This document shows positions 10,823-19,808 of a stretch of 64,000 nucleotides of DNA, one piece after another. This DNA is from Escherichia coli. GTDB taxonomy: Bacteria > Pseudomonadota > Gammaproteobacteria > Enterobacterales > Enterobacteriaceae. Below the pieces are notes generated by a model. It was given only the letters and a program-made list of their open reading frames with translations, was not told where the DNA came from and did not search any database. The stretch lies in assembly GCF_044324785.1 (NCBI RefSeq), contig NZ_CP172127.1; one strand, 5' to 3'. The position numbers and the translations under genes were made by a program. Positions within the stretch are counted from its first letter, which is position 1; each line of letters opens with the position of its first letter.

Positions 10823-11118
10823 CGCGGCCTCCTGTAAGTGGATAATCATCCTGGTACTATCATACGTGTTGTATGATAAATGTTCAATGCTTGCGAATCC
10901 AGGTATAATTGTCCGATTTTGCACCTCCTGCTGTACAGCTTGTGATGTGGGCCAGGATGTGACTCTGCATGTCACAATAGCTCCAGGAACTTCAGTCTCA
11001 GCCCTGCTGAACATTGTGTGATTAATTTTTAAAAATGAGAAAAGAATAATCTCTCTTTTTAGTCGTCCGGCTATGCCTTAATTCTCCCTGAGTCAAAACC
11101 TGTATCAGGAGAAGCTGA

Positions 11119-11691
11119 ATGAAAATATCAAAACTGGTTGTTGTGGCTACAGTATGTTCCACGCTTAGTGCATGTTCCGTGGAAGAGATGGCTGCTGTGA
11201 ACAAGAAAATCAGTGACGGTGCATTTGCTGTGACGAAAGCGCTCAATGGGGGAACGGGCTACGCGGATAATGGTATGCCGATCCTTAACAAGCAATTGCC
11301 GCCGGCGCAGGATAAACGCGAAAATGTTATTGATGTCCCTGTTGATGTGGATACCGCAGCAGGCCGACTGAAACGCTATTACAAGTTTTACTCGAATGAT
11401 GAGGTAAATGCGATCCGCAATAACGGCACAACTGACGGAAAATGGCAGGCAAGTGCGATTATTGACAATGGGCATATCTGGGATGCGATGCCGGGCAGTT
11501 ACTACAAAATGGGAGGAAACTGGCGTAAAGGCAGCTTTGATGATCACCTGACGATTGAGGTGGAAAAGAACGGTAAGGGAAGCCGGGTCTATATCACCTA
11601 TGCTTCAGCTTCTCAGGCGCATTTGCAGGCAAGTTCTCTTGAGCCTCTGTTTAAGCGAGTGAAGGATGTGGCTGAAGGAAAGGTTCGTTGA
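11119..11691 (+). CDS. lipoprotein, unknown function
   Basis: 190 aa; signal peptide with lipobox LSAC; SD AGGAG upstream. Confidence 0.6.
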   Translation: MKISKLVVVATVCSTLSACSVEEMAAVNKKISDGAFAVTKALNGGTGYADNGMPILNKQLPPAQDKRENVIDVPVDVDTAAGRLKRYYKFYSNDEVNAIRNNGTTDGKWQASAIIDNGHIWDAMPGSYYKMGGNWRKGSFDDHLTIEVEKNGKGSRVYITYASASQAHLQASSLEPLFKRVKDVAEGKVR

Positions 11692-11697
11692 TGAGCA

Positions 11698-11760
11698 CGC
11701 CACGGGCAAGCCCTTATGGCTAAAGGAGAGGGAGATTGCCCGTGGCGGCCCACTTTTTTT
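11698..11760 (+). terminator. putative terminator after lipoprotein gene
   Basis: 12-bp stem CGCCACGGGCAA/TTGCCCGTGGCG then T7 run; long loop lowers confidence. Confidence 0.4.
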
Positions 11761-11915
11761 AATCATTTTTTTACCATGTTGTCCAGTATTTTTACATAAG
11801 TGAAACATCTGGTGTTGTTTTCTGTTCATCGTGCTGGAAGTTACAGGGCTTGTAATTGAACGGGGAGAGATGTAATTTACGTGCGCAAAAATTTTACTCA
11901 AGGGGGAGAAAACCG

Positions 11916-12179
11916 ATGAAACCGAATATCCATCCTGAATACCGTACTGTGGTGTTCCACGATACCAGTATCGATGAGTACTATAAAATTGGTTCGACCA
12001 TCAAGACTGAACGTGTGATTGAGCTTGATGGTGTCACCTATCCGTACGTAACAATTGATGTTTCCTCTAAGTCGCATCCTTTCTACACTGGCAAACTGAG
12101 AACTGTTGCTTCAGAAGGTAACGTGGCGCGCTTTAACCAGCGTTTCGGTCGTTTTGTTGACACCAAAAAAGGCGCATGA
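11916..12179 (+). CDS. rpmE2: 50S ribosomal protein L31 type B (zinc-independent paralogue)
   Basis: [80 protein letters not shown] is near-identical to YkgM/RpmE2 as recalled; true start at 11916 inside the longer track ORF. Confidence 0.85.
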   Translation: MKPNIHPEYRTVVFHDTSIDEYYKIGSTIKTERVIELDGVTYPYVTIDVSSKSHPFYTGKLRTVASEGNVARFNQRFGRFVDTKKGA

Positions 12180-12299
12180 GCAGAAATCGATCACAGGCGC
12201 TATTGATATGCAAAAGTATTGCTTGAGTGTCTGAGGTCGGTTATTTTACGTTTCACAAGAAAGAAGCACTTAAACAGAAACTCACAGTCCATATTCCTT

Positions 12300-12326
12300 C
12301 ATCCCCGGTTACGGGGATTTTTTTTA
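12300..12326 (+). terminator. rho-independent terminator
   Basis: TCCCCG-GTTA-CGGGGA hairpin followed by T8. Confidence 0.5.
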
Positions 12327-12896
12327 GCTGTTGTCTGGGGAGGGAAGGGGGCTGTGTCGGGCTGGGAGCTGTAAGGCTGCGATTGTCCGGGTGATGTCTG
12401 AACATGCGGTATGTTTGCGTTAAACAAGGGGGGAGTATGTGGATACTGATTTTCTGGCTTTCAACACCATATTCAGTGTCATCCAGTGTTGCCAGACAAC
12501 CAACGCTTGCTGTTCATTCTCAGGAGTTCGCTGGCTGAGATGAAGAAGGTGAATGTCGGAGAACTGACCCTGAGGGGGATCTGTGTCTCAAAAGAATAGT
12601 GGGGTAGAGGGAGCGAACCAGGCTGTTTTATCAGGATGTGATTCTGGAGAGTCCGCTCGCCGCAGTCCGGCGACCGAACGGTAGTGAGCGAGCGGACGAG
12701 GAAGCGGAACGTCACAGTTCTTTCATAATGCACCTACGCTGTGTGGTTACATGGGTAAAGGATGAATATCACCATTCTATATCTGTTTCTGAAAAACAGT
12801 TTCGCTTGTTGCCTGTCATTGCCGGCTGGCGTTAGCATACAGAGGCGGTATTATCCCCTGTGATATTACGGGTTATTTTGTTTTGCTCTGTAAGAC

Positions 12897-12924
12897 CTGG
12901 CCAGCTATTATGCTGGCCTTTTTT
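12897..12924 (+). terminator. rho-independent terminator
   Basis: GGCCAGC/GCTGGCC stem followed by T6. Confidence 0.45.
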
Positions 12925-12929
12925 GTGGT

Positions 12930-13247
12930 TTATTGTTCGCAGTCCAGCATTGCAAATAATTTTCGTTTCTGTTCCTTCACATACTCAACATCAACAGTAC
13001 AATCCAGATAACTTAACTCATCTTCTGTCCAGGCATTGATGGATTCTTTTATTCGGTGTGTCACATCCGGTGTGAGTATGTCGCGCATTTTCTCAATGGT
13101 ATCCCGGCTTATTTCTCCTCGTGGAGATTCAAGCAGAGGAATTACTGCCTGATGTCCCGGAGGGAGTATAAGACGTAATTCATATTTAAGTGTTTCGTTG
13201 AGTAAACGACAGAAAGCACTGTATTTCTCTTTCCGGGTACTGTTCAT
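12930..13247 (-). CDS. hypothetical protein (AT-rich two-gene module, distal gene)
   Basis: about 105 aa from second ATG with SD GAAGGA; no family recognised. Confidence 0.4.
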   Translation of the reverse strand: MNSTRKEKYSAFCRLLNETLKYELRLILPPGHQAVIPLLESPRGEISRDTIEKMRDILTPDVTHRIKESINAWTEDELSYLDCTVDVEYVKEQKRKLFAMLDCEQ

Positions 13248-13342
13248 CGTTTTATTCCTTCTCATTACTGTGCATGGTGTAAGATTAAAGCGTTTTGCAA
13301 AAGATGTACAAGTTGTTTTTATCCGGATTTAATATCATGGAC

Positions 13343-13996
13343 TCACTTTTCTTTTGTGTCAGTGGGTACTGCATTGTTTATTAGCCACGGCAATTGTTGA
13401 TTACCCTGTATTTTTCGGATGTAGTTATCAATAATATCTTTTGTTTCATCACTATTATTATAAAAAGATTCAAGTGTGCATATAAAATCATCATTTAATG
13501 CAGGTAGCAGGATTATGTTTTTTACTGTGAACCGGATATGACGATTACTCAGTGTTTTTAAATAAAGTTTCTTTCCAATAACAGGATTTACATTGAAAAT
13601 ATTGTAACAGATTTCCACTGTGTTTTCTGAAGGTGCGTATAATACGTATACCGGATATTTTTTATGAAGTTTTATCAGGCAATTTATAAAGTCTAAGGAA
13701 TTTGTTTGTTTTGCTTTTTCTCGCATCTTATTTACGTGTTGCGAAAAGAAATATGCTTTTGTAAATATAAAAAGAAAAATAAGCGCAGTGTTTAACAGAA
13801 ATGTGATGGCAATTGTTATAAATAACCATTTACCTGAACCTGTATTAAAGATATGGGATGAAAGATACCCACCTGTCAGCAACAAAAATATAAATAATAA
13901 TGACTGCATTTTTTCCTGGTTGTTTATTGATGATTTCAGACACAGAAATATAACAACACATGCAAAGCTCCAGAAAAATATAACAGCAAAATCCAT
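13343..13996 (-). CDS. hypothetical membrane protein (N-terminal 3 TM helices plus C-terminal soluble domain)
   Basis: about 217 aa from ATG with SD AAAGGTGA; very AT-rich codon usage unlike flanking DNA. Confidence 0.45.
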   Translation of the reverse strand: MDFAVIFFWSFACVVIFLCLKSSINNQEKMQSLLFIFLLLTGGYLSSHIFNTGSGKWLFITIAITFLLNTALIFLFIFTKAYFFSQHVNKMREKAKQTNSLDFINCLIKLHKKYPVYVLYAPSENTVEICYNIFNVNPVIGKKLYLKTLSNRHIRFTVKNIILLPALNDDFICTLESFYNNSDETKDIIDNYIRKIQGNQQLPWLINNAVPTDTKEK

Positions 13997-14160
13997 ATTA
14001 TCACCTTTTGTCTGACAGTTCATTTGTTGATGCTATCACGATATTCGCGATGCGGTAAATATATCAATATGTTGGTTTATTTGTGTAATACATTATTTCC
14101 CATATGCCATAAATCAGTCTGTTGACGATAGCTTTTTTCTTTTGTTATTCTGTTCCCGCA

Positions 14161-14470
14161 TTAACTGTCGCTTCGGCGACCACCAATGTTCCATGAGGCC
14201 TGTGAGGAACGCCTTCGGGTGGCCCATGTCGCTCCGGCGACCACCAATGTTCCATGTGGCCTGTGAGGAACGCCTTCGGGTGGCCCACGTCGCTCCGGCG
14301 ACCACCAATGCTCCATCTGACCAGTGAGGAGCGCCTTCGGGTGGTCAGTTTTACACCTCCGTAGCCTGAAAGGAGCTGTGCGTGCTGATGGGATATGTTT
14401 CCGGAAGTACGGGTAAATCTGCACACCTTTGCGAGCAGATGTCACCACGGTTTACGTGATGATGAAGGCA
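14161..14470. repeat. composite repeat copy 1: three tandem ~61-bp units (14166-14226, 14227-14287, 14288-14347) plus ~120-bp unique tail
   Basis: Directly visible; about 95 percent identical to copy at 16463-16773; each unit has GTCGC-TCCG-GCGAC hairpin and conserved GAGGAACGCCTTCGGGTGG core. Confidence 0.9.
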
Positions 14471-15074
14471 TTCCGGATTTCGTCCGGTACTTTTACTTTT
14501 TCTCAGCAGACTTTCATAAAAAATGCTTTATGGATCTGCGTCTTAACATATTTTCTGACTTTCCGCATAAGCTTCTTATGACTGTGCGCACGGCATAAGG
14601 CCATTTGAAATTTGGCCGCTTGCGTGTGTACGTGGAGTTTGAAGCAGTGCATGCGTCACTTTTGTCGGCGTTCACGCTGACAAAGTGACGCATGAACGTC
14701 GACTCAACGAACCCGCATAAACAGGCTCTTCACGGGATGTTTTTTAACATTTGAAGAAGTGACCTGACGTGATCGTTTTTTTTCAACTTCATTCTGTTTC
14801 GTAGTGACGTCTCTCCGGTAAAACTTCCGGAAAAACGTCAGTCAACAGAATATCATTGTTTTTTAAGGAGTTTAATGTAGTGAGATGCCGAATCGGCGAT
14901 ATATCTGACAGGCAGATATGTCGGGGGCGACCTTCAGAGGTACAGTTAATTCTGCGGCCGGTTAAACTAACCGGCTTGACACCCCGCAAAACCTGAACAC
15001 TTTGCGTTACCCTGACGCACAGGCACTCACTCACCGAAGGAACGTAACGAAGAACCGTGTCGTCAGGTGAAATG

Positions 15075-15123
15075 CAGATGAATTCTTCTGTTGTGTTCAC
15101 GGCACAACAGAAGAATTCATCTG
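15075..15123. promoter_or_regulatory. perfect 21-bp inverted repeat with 7-bp spacer, 52 bp upstream of recombinase start
   Basis: CAGATGAATTCTTCTGTTGTG - TTCACGG - CACAACAGAAGAATTCATCTG read directly. Confidence 0.5.
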
Positions 15124-15175
15124 TGTTGTGTGCTGCTGTTTTGTTTAGGTCATAGGTCATAAGGAGAATGTACAG

Positions 15176-16081
15176 ATGTCCAGACGTGAGAAATTGCTTA
15201 AAAAGGATCTGGTTGCTCATGTCCGAAAAGAAAAGGGGAGTTTTAAAAAGTTAAGTGACTATACAAGGATTATGCATCGATTCGCTGAAACGCTTGCTCG
15301 TCTGAATGTACAGATTAGTTCTGCTGCACAGTTAAAAGTTCGTCACATTGAATTATATATGAACAGCAGGACGGATGTATCAAAACGAACGAGAGAAAAT
15401 GAAATGTCAGCAATACGCGCGGTTTTACGTCAGGTTGGTAAGAATAAACTTGCCGATCCCAGCCATCCACGGCTGAGTAATAAAGCATTAGGTATTTCAG
15501 GTGAGAGTCGTAAAGGTACGAAAAGTCTGATTACAGACGATCGTTTTCGTGAAATTCTTCAGCGCATTGAACAAAAAGATAAAGGACTCGCTGCAACGGT
15601 TAAATTGTCGCGTTATCTTGGTCTGAGAAATGAGGAGGCCATTCAGTCCGCCAAATCGCTCAAAACATGGAAACAGGCATTAGAACGGGGAGATGAAAAA
15701 TTACGTGTTATTTTTGGTACGAAAGGCGGTCGTGAGAGAATGACCACGATTGTTGACAGAAATAATGTTATTGAGGCTGTTAATTATGCTATTAAATATG
15801 CCGGTGAGCATGACGGGCGATTAATCGACAGAGGTAATCTTAAGTCTGCAATGAATTATTATCTTAACTCATTGCGTCGTTATGGTGAAATGAAAGGCGG
15901 TGATGAGACACCACATAGTTTTCGTTACAGTTATGCCGCAAGTGCAATGAAATACCATATTATGAATGGTTACAGTTATCATGAAGCGCTTGCATTAACA
16001 TCTATGGATCTTGGTCACGGTGACGGCAGAGGACGTTATATCGAGCAGGTATATTGCCAGTTGTTAGGACATGAAGAATAG
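15176..16081 (+). CDS. tyrosine recombinase / phage-integrase-family protein
   Basis: 301 aa; SD AAGGAG; catalytic-type motifs R (LGLRNEE), HxxR (PHSFRYSYA), H...Y (LGHGDGRGRYIEQVY). Confidence 0.65.
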   Translation: MSRREKLLKKDLVAHVRKEKGSFKKLSDYTRIMHRFAETLARLNVQISSAAQLKVRHIELYMNSRTDVSKRTRENEMSAIRAVLRQVGKNKLADPSHPRLSNKALGISGESRKGTKSLITDDRFREILQRIEQKDKGLAATVKLSRYLGLRNEEAIQSAKSLKTWKQALERGDEKLRVIFGTKGGRERMTTIVDRNNVIEAVNYAIKYAGEHDGRLIDRGNLKSAMNYYLNSLRRYGEMKGGDETPHSFRYSYAASAMKYHIMNGYSYHEALALTSMDLGHGDGRGRYIEQVYCQLLGHEE

Positions 16082-16121
16082 CTGTTATTATATTGTAGCC
16101 ATTTTCTTAAAAGGGACCGTT

Positions 16122-16415
16122 ATGAGTGATTATATTTATATGACTATTACTTCTGTTAAAAGTATCACTGACAACTCTCCTTTCTGGTCTTATGATTTAG
16201 GTTATTATCTTTATTCAGGAAAACTTGTGTCTTTTTATTGTGAGGGCATGTCCAACGAATGGGATATGTGTTCTGCTATCGCGGATCATTTTGACGTTGT
16301 CGGAGATTTTTCTTTTGATGTTATTCGTAAGAAAAAAAGAACGCTGATACGTGGGAACTGCGTTTTTCTTTTTGAACAACCCTTTCCGGGAGCGTATAAA
16401 ATACCGCTTTACTGA
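16122..16415 (+). CDS. hypothetical protein co-transcribed with recombinase
   Basis: 97 aa from ATG with SD AAAGGGA; AT-rich. Confidence 0.4.
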   Translation: MSDYIYMTITSVKSITDNSPFWSYDLGYYLYSGKLVSFYCEGMSNEWDMCSAIADHFDVVGDFSFDVIRKKKRTLIRGNCVFLFEQPFPGAYKIPLY

Positions 16416-16462
16416 ATTTTTTTGTTGTTCTTCCACGTAGTTTGTGCTTACAATTTAAACGC

Positions 16463-16773
16463 TAACTTGTCGCTTCGGCGACCACCAATGTTCCATGTGG
16501 CCTGTGAGGAACGCCTTCGGGTGGCCCATGTCGCTCCGGCGACCACCAATGTTCCATGTGGCCTGTGAGGAACGCCTTCGGGTGGCCCACGTCGCTCCGG
16601 CGACCACCAATGCTTCATCTGACCTGTGAGGAGCGCCTTCGGGTGGTCAGTTTTACACCTCCTGAGCCTGAAAGGAGCTGTGCGTACTGAAGGGATATGT
16701 TTCCGGAAGTACGGGCAAATCTGCACACCTTTGAGAGCAGATGTCACTGCGGTTTTCCGTGATGATGAAGGCT
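16463..16773. repeat. composite repeat copy 2 (same orientation as copy 1)
   Basis: Same three-unit tandem structure and tail as 14161-14470. Confidence 0.9.
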
Positions 16774-16901
16774 TTTTTATCACTGTATGACCTGAGTTAT
16801 CTCTGGTCCTTAAGCACATCGTGTTATCGCATTGATGTGTTCACCTGACGGATTTTCCAGTCCGTCAGGGCGGAACGTCCGTCTTTTATCCGGAGGTTCC
16901 A

Positions 16902-17303
16902 ATGTTTATTCCACTTCTGTTTCGCGCAGAGATGCGCCTGACACCTTTCTTTCAGCGACTCAGACAACGTCTGTGTTATCCGGTGAGTCGTGTTCATACA
17001 CAACATCCCTGGTCTTCTCCACAGTTGCGGCACCTTTACTGCACGCCGTGGTTTGTTAACGCCACCGGCAATCTTGCACTCCGTGCCTGCATTGTTTCCA
17101 TTGACGGTTCTTTGCGACACTGCTTTGAGTTCCGTGAAGGCTCTCACAGCCGTGAATACCGTTTCTGGTTTGAGGCGCTTCCTTTGTCGGTACTGCGTTT
17201 TAACACTTTTACCGGTCGAATATCCGATCGCCGTACACTCTCTGCTGCCTCCCGTATGGCCGCGCAGCTTACTTCCTTTCGCTATCGCTTCGGTTTGCGC
17301 TGA
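16902..17303 (+). CDS. hypothetical protein (leading-region-like array)
   Basis: 133 aa, SD GGAGG upstream. Confidence 0.4.
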   Translation: MFIPLLFRAEMRLTPFFQRLRQRLCYPVSRVHTQHPWSSPQLRHLYCTPWFVNATGNLALRACIVSIDGSLRHCFEFREGSHSREYRFWFEALPLSVLRFNTFTGRISDRRTLSAASRMAAQLTSFRYRFGLR

Positions 17304-17455
17304 AGCTGTTTGAGGTCGTTATGACAGTCATTTTCTCTACGAGCAGCGTTGTCTGATCGCGCCATTCAGAACGCGATGACAAAGCTGATTTTTCCTTAAC
17401 CCGTCCGGGACCGCTTCCGTTCGGGGAACGGTCTCTCTGTTTCTGGAGATTGTTT

Positions 17456-17842
17456 ATGGGACTCGATATTTTTTTCCTTGGGCGTGATCGTGTTTGTGTT
17501 ACCGACGCAGTGGTATCGGTACCGGAAACGCGGGAAGTGGGGTACTTTCGCAAGGTTAACCCACTGATTGCCTGGTTTGAGAAGCATTGTGGACCGCTTG
17601 AAAATGCCGTGGAGCGTCCGGTTTCCAGAACGGAACTGGAGGCACTACTGAGCGATCTTGAATGCCTTACGCCGGAGAACTGCCGGGAATTCTTCCCCAC
17701 AACAGAAGGATTCTTTTTTGGCTCTCAGGAGTATGACCAGTATTACTGGAAGGATGTTGAGGACGTGAAGTCGTGGGTCAGAAGCACGCTTGATTCGTTT
17801 GATTTTGAACGAAAAATACTGTTGCTCTGGGCATGGTGGTAA
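17456..17842 (+). CDS. hypothetical protein (leading-region-like array)
   Basis: about 128 aa, SD GGAGA upstream. Confidence 0.4.
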   Translation: MGLDIFFLGRDRVCVTDAVVSVPETREVGYFRKVNPLIAWFEKHCGPLENAVERPVSRTELEALLSDLECLTPENCREFFPTTEGFFFGSQEYDQYYWKDVEDVKSWVRSTLDSFDFERKILLLWAWW

Positions 17843-17928
17843 CTATTTCTCAGTCCTTGTTTTTAACCATGTGATTATTCGCAGAAGCCCGACTTCTCTG
17901 GCCTGCTTTTATTCCGGAGAATGAGATT

Positions 17929-18177
17929 ATGCAAATAAGTGCAGAAACTCGCGCTGTTTTACGTCACTACAGACAGATCATTAACGCCAGACGGCGTGAA
18001 GATGGCATGAAAGCTCTCAGCACGCCGCAAATCGTTGATGAGATCTGTGAGTTTATGCTCAGCCAGCCAGCAGTGTATCTGGGGGGGGCAGTTCATCATG
18101 CAGAAGGCCAGAACAAGATAGCTGTCTTTGTTCATGGCTTTTCAACAGACCGTTATGCTTTCGCCACCACATGGTAA
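17929..18177 (+). CDS. hypothetical small protein
   Basis: 82 aa with SD GGAGAA. Confidence 0.35.
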   Translation: MQISAETRAVLRHYRQIINARRREDGMKALSTPQIVDEICEFMLSQPAVYLGGAVHHAEGQNKIAVFVHGFSTDRYAFATTW

Positions 18178-18261
18178 GGCGGGTCTGATTTTACTGTTAA
18201 CCGTACGGTTCACTCTCATACCGTACGGTGGGAGTGAACCCTTTTCATTAAGGACACTCTC

Positions 18262-18771
18262 ATGAAAACGAAAACTTCTGCACCTGCTGTATATGTTGGT
18301 ACCTGGGCTAAATACAACAATGGCAGCATAGAAGGATGCTGGTTTAATGATTTAACCGTTTTTGAAACTGAAAGCGATTTTTTATCTGCGGCCCGTAAGT
18401 TTCATCAGGATGAAAAAGATCCTGAATTTATGTACCAGGATTATGAAAACTTTCCTTCGGGAATGGCTTCAGAATATGGTTTCAACTGGGCTTATGTTGA
18501 AGGTTATCGTCTTGCCCGTGAAGAAGGCTGTGAAGATGCATGGTATGCATGGGTTTCTAATACCGGTGATACCTGTTTCGAACAGTTCAGGGAGGCGTGG
18601 CTTGGTGGTCCTTATGACAGTGAACTCGAGTTCGCCGCGCAGTACGTGGATGAATGCGGTTTTCTGTCAGAGGTACCTGATACTGTTGCACGCTATTTTG
18701 ATTATGAGGCTTTTGCGCGCGATTTGTTCATGGAACTGGATTTTGTCGACGGACACGTTTTCCATCGGTAA
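18262..18771 (+). CDS. ardA: antirestriction protein ArdA (DNA-mimic inhibitor of type I restriction)
   Basis: 169 aa, very acidic; N-terminal AVYVGTWAKYNNGSIEGCWF and C-terminal YFDYEAFARDL motifs match ArdA family as recalled (e.g. Tn916 Orf18, ColIb ArdA). Confidence 0.8.
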   Translation: MKTKTSAPAVYVGTWAKYNNGSIEGCWFNDLTVFETESDFLSAARKFHQDEKDPEFMYQDYENFPSGMASEYGFNWAYVEGYRLAREEGCEDAWYAWVSNTGDTCFEQFREAWLGGPYDSELEFAAQYVDECGFLSEVPDTVARYFDYEAFARDLFMELDFVDGHVFHR

Positions 18772-18967
18772 CTCACAGCCATGAGGGCGCATATAAGCCG
18801 TGTACTGGCGGATGTGATTTCAGCATACATTCTGCTGGTTTTTTTACCGTTGTTGACAATTTTAATCATCGCGGATGAACAACCTGAACTCTGTTGTTCA
18901 CCGCCCGGAGGCATCGTTCCTTCGGACGGTGTGCTCTTTCATCAGAAAGAATCAGACAGGGGGTTTT

Positions 18968-19327
18968 ATGTATTCGCGTTTTATTACTGGTTACTGGCAT
19001 CTTCAGACGCAGTCCGCTTTGCTGGCACATCTCTGTCAGCTTGAAGGTGAACTGACGATACTTCGCGCCTGGCAACGTCTCGGAATTACCCCGGTGCCGG
19101 AGGATGAAGATGAGCCTTCACCACTTTACTCAATTTTGTGGGATGTTGGTGAGGCTCTGGGCTGGTTGCTGTATGACCTGGAGATGGAAAATGTTCCTGC
19201 ACCGGGAACGATTTTCCACGAGGTATTCGACAGGGTTATATCTCTGGGGTATGAGACTGAGCCCGGTATCTGGGCTGAAAGTATCAGTACCGGAAAGCGC
19301 TACGCTGCAATGCCTGACGAATTTTAA
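18968..19327 (+). CDS. hypothetical protein
   Basis: about 119 aa from ATG with SD AGGGGG; followed by hairpin terminator 19343-19385. Confidence 0.4.
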   Translation: MYSRFITGYWHLQTQSALLAHLCQLEGELTILRAWQRLGITPVPEDEDEPSPLYSILWDVGEALGWLLYDLEMENVPAPGTIFHEVFDRVISLGYETEPGIWAESISTGKRYAAMPDEF

Positions 19328-19394
19328 TGTTTTCCACATTCCCACAGGGACTCATCCCTGTGGGACGGGTCCCGGCTTTTTCAGGAGAAATTTC

Positions 19395-19733
19395 ATGAGA
19401 CCCGATTTGAATACTTTACCCGGAGATTCCGGCTGCAGCGTCTGGTTCTATGACGGAATGTCTCAACCGCGTCTGCTGGCGGGCAGTATTGCCGGGTTAC
19501 TGACGGATGTTACGATCACATCGAATTACCGTGGTGACGTCACATCTGAAATTCATGACGTGGTGCAGGAGTGGCTTGCGACCGGCAGGGGTAACCTGGC
19601 GGATTTAAAGGAAGAACTCTGGTACTACAACCTCTACATAAATCCGTCGGCAGACGAACTTATGAATGCCAACAGGCGGTATGGCCTCGGACATACCACC
19701 AGGCTGAAAGGCTTTATCAATAACGCGGCGTGA
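19395..19733 (+). CDS. hypothetical protein
   Basis: 112 aa with SD AGGAGA. Confidence 0.4.
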   Translation: MRPDLNTLPGDSGCSVWFYDGMSQPRLLAGSIAGLLTDVTITSNYRGDVTSEIHDVVQEWLATGRGNLADLKEELWYYNLYINPSADELMNANRRYGLGHTTRLKGFINNAA

Positions 19734-19808
19734 CACACCGCCATCCCGTGAGGGCTCAGCTCCTCACGGGGCTGTTCCCTCGGTGATTTTCATACAGAGA
19801 GGAGCAGA

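Noticed and set aside
11821-11915. Zur box upstream of rpmE2
   Set aside because: I could not identify a convincing palindromic Zur-box match by eye; left unannotated.
12180-12240. Possible rpmJ2 (ykgO, L36 paralogue) downstream of rpmE2
   Set aside because: Only an 8-codon ORF (MQKYCLSV) is present; it has no resemblance to L36.
14114-14448. Three overlapping minus-strand ORFs (64-95 aa) with near-identical repetitive peptides
   Set aside because: They are translations of the tandem 61-bp repeat units; the same peptides recur at 16448-16819, as expected for non-coding repeats rather than genes.
16448-16819. 123-aa minus-strand ORF over repeat copy 2
   Set aside because: Same artefact as above; its sequence simply mirrors the repeat periodicity.
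19104-19394. Long version of ORF 19104..19733 (209 aa)
   Set aside because: Its 5' part overlaps the upstream gene and its terminator hairpin in another frame; the start at 19395 with a good SD was used instead.
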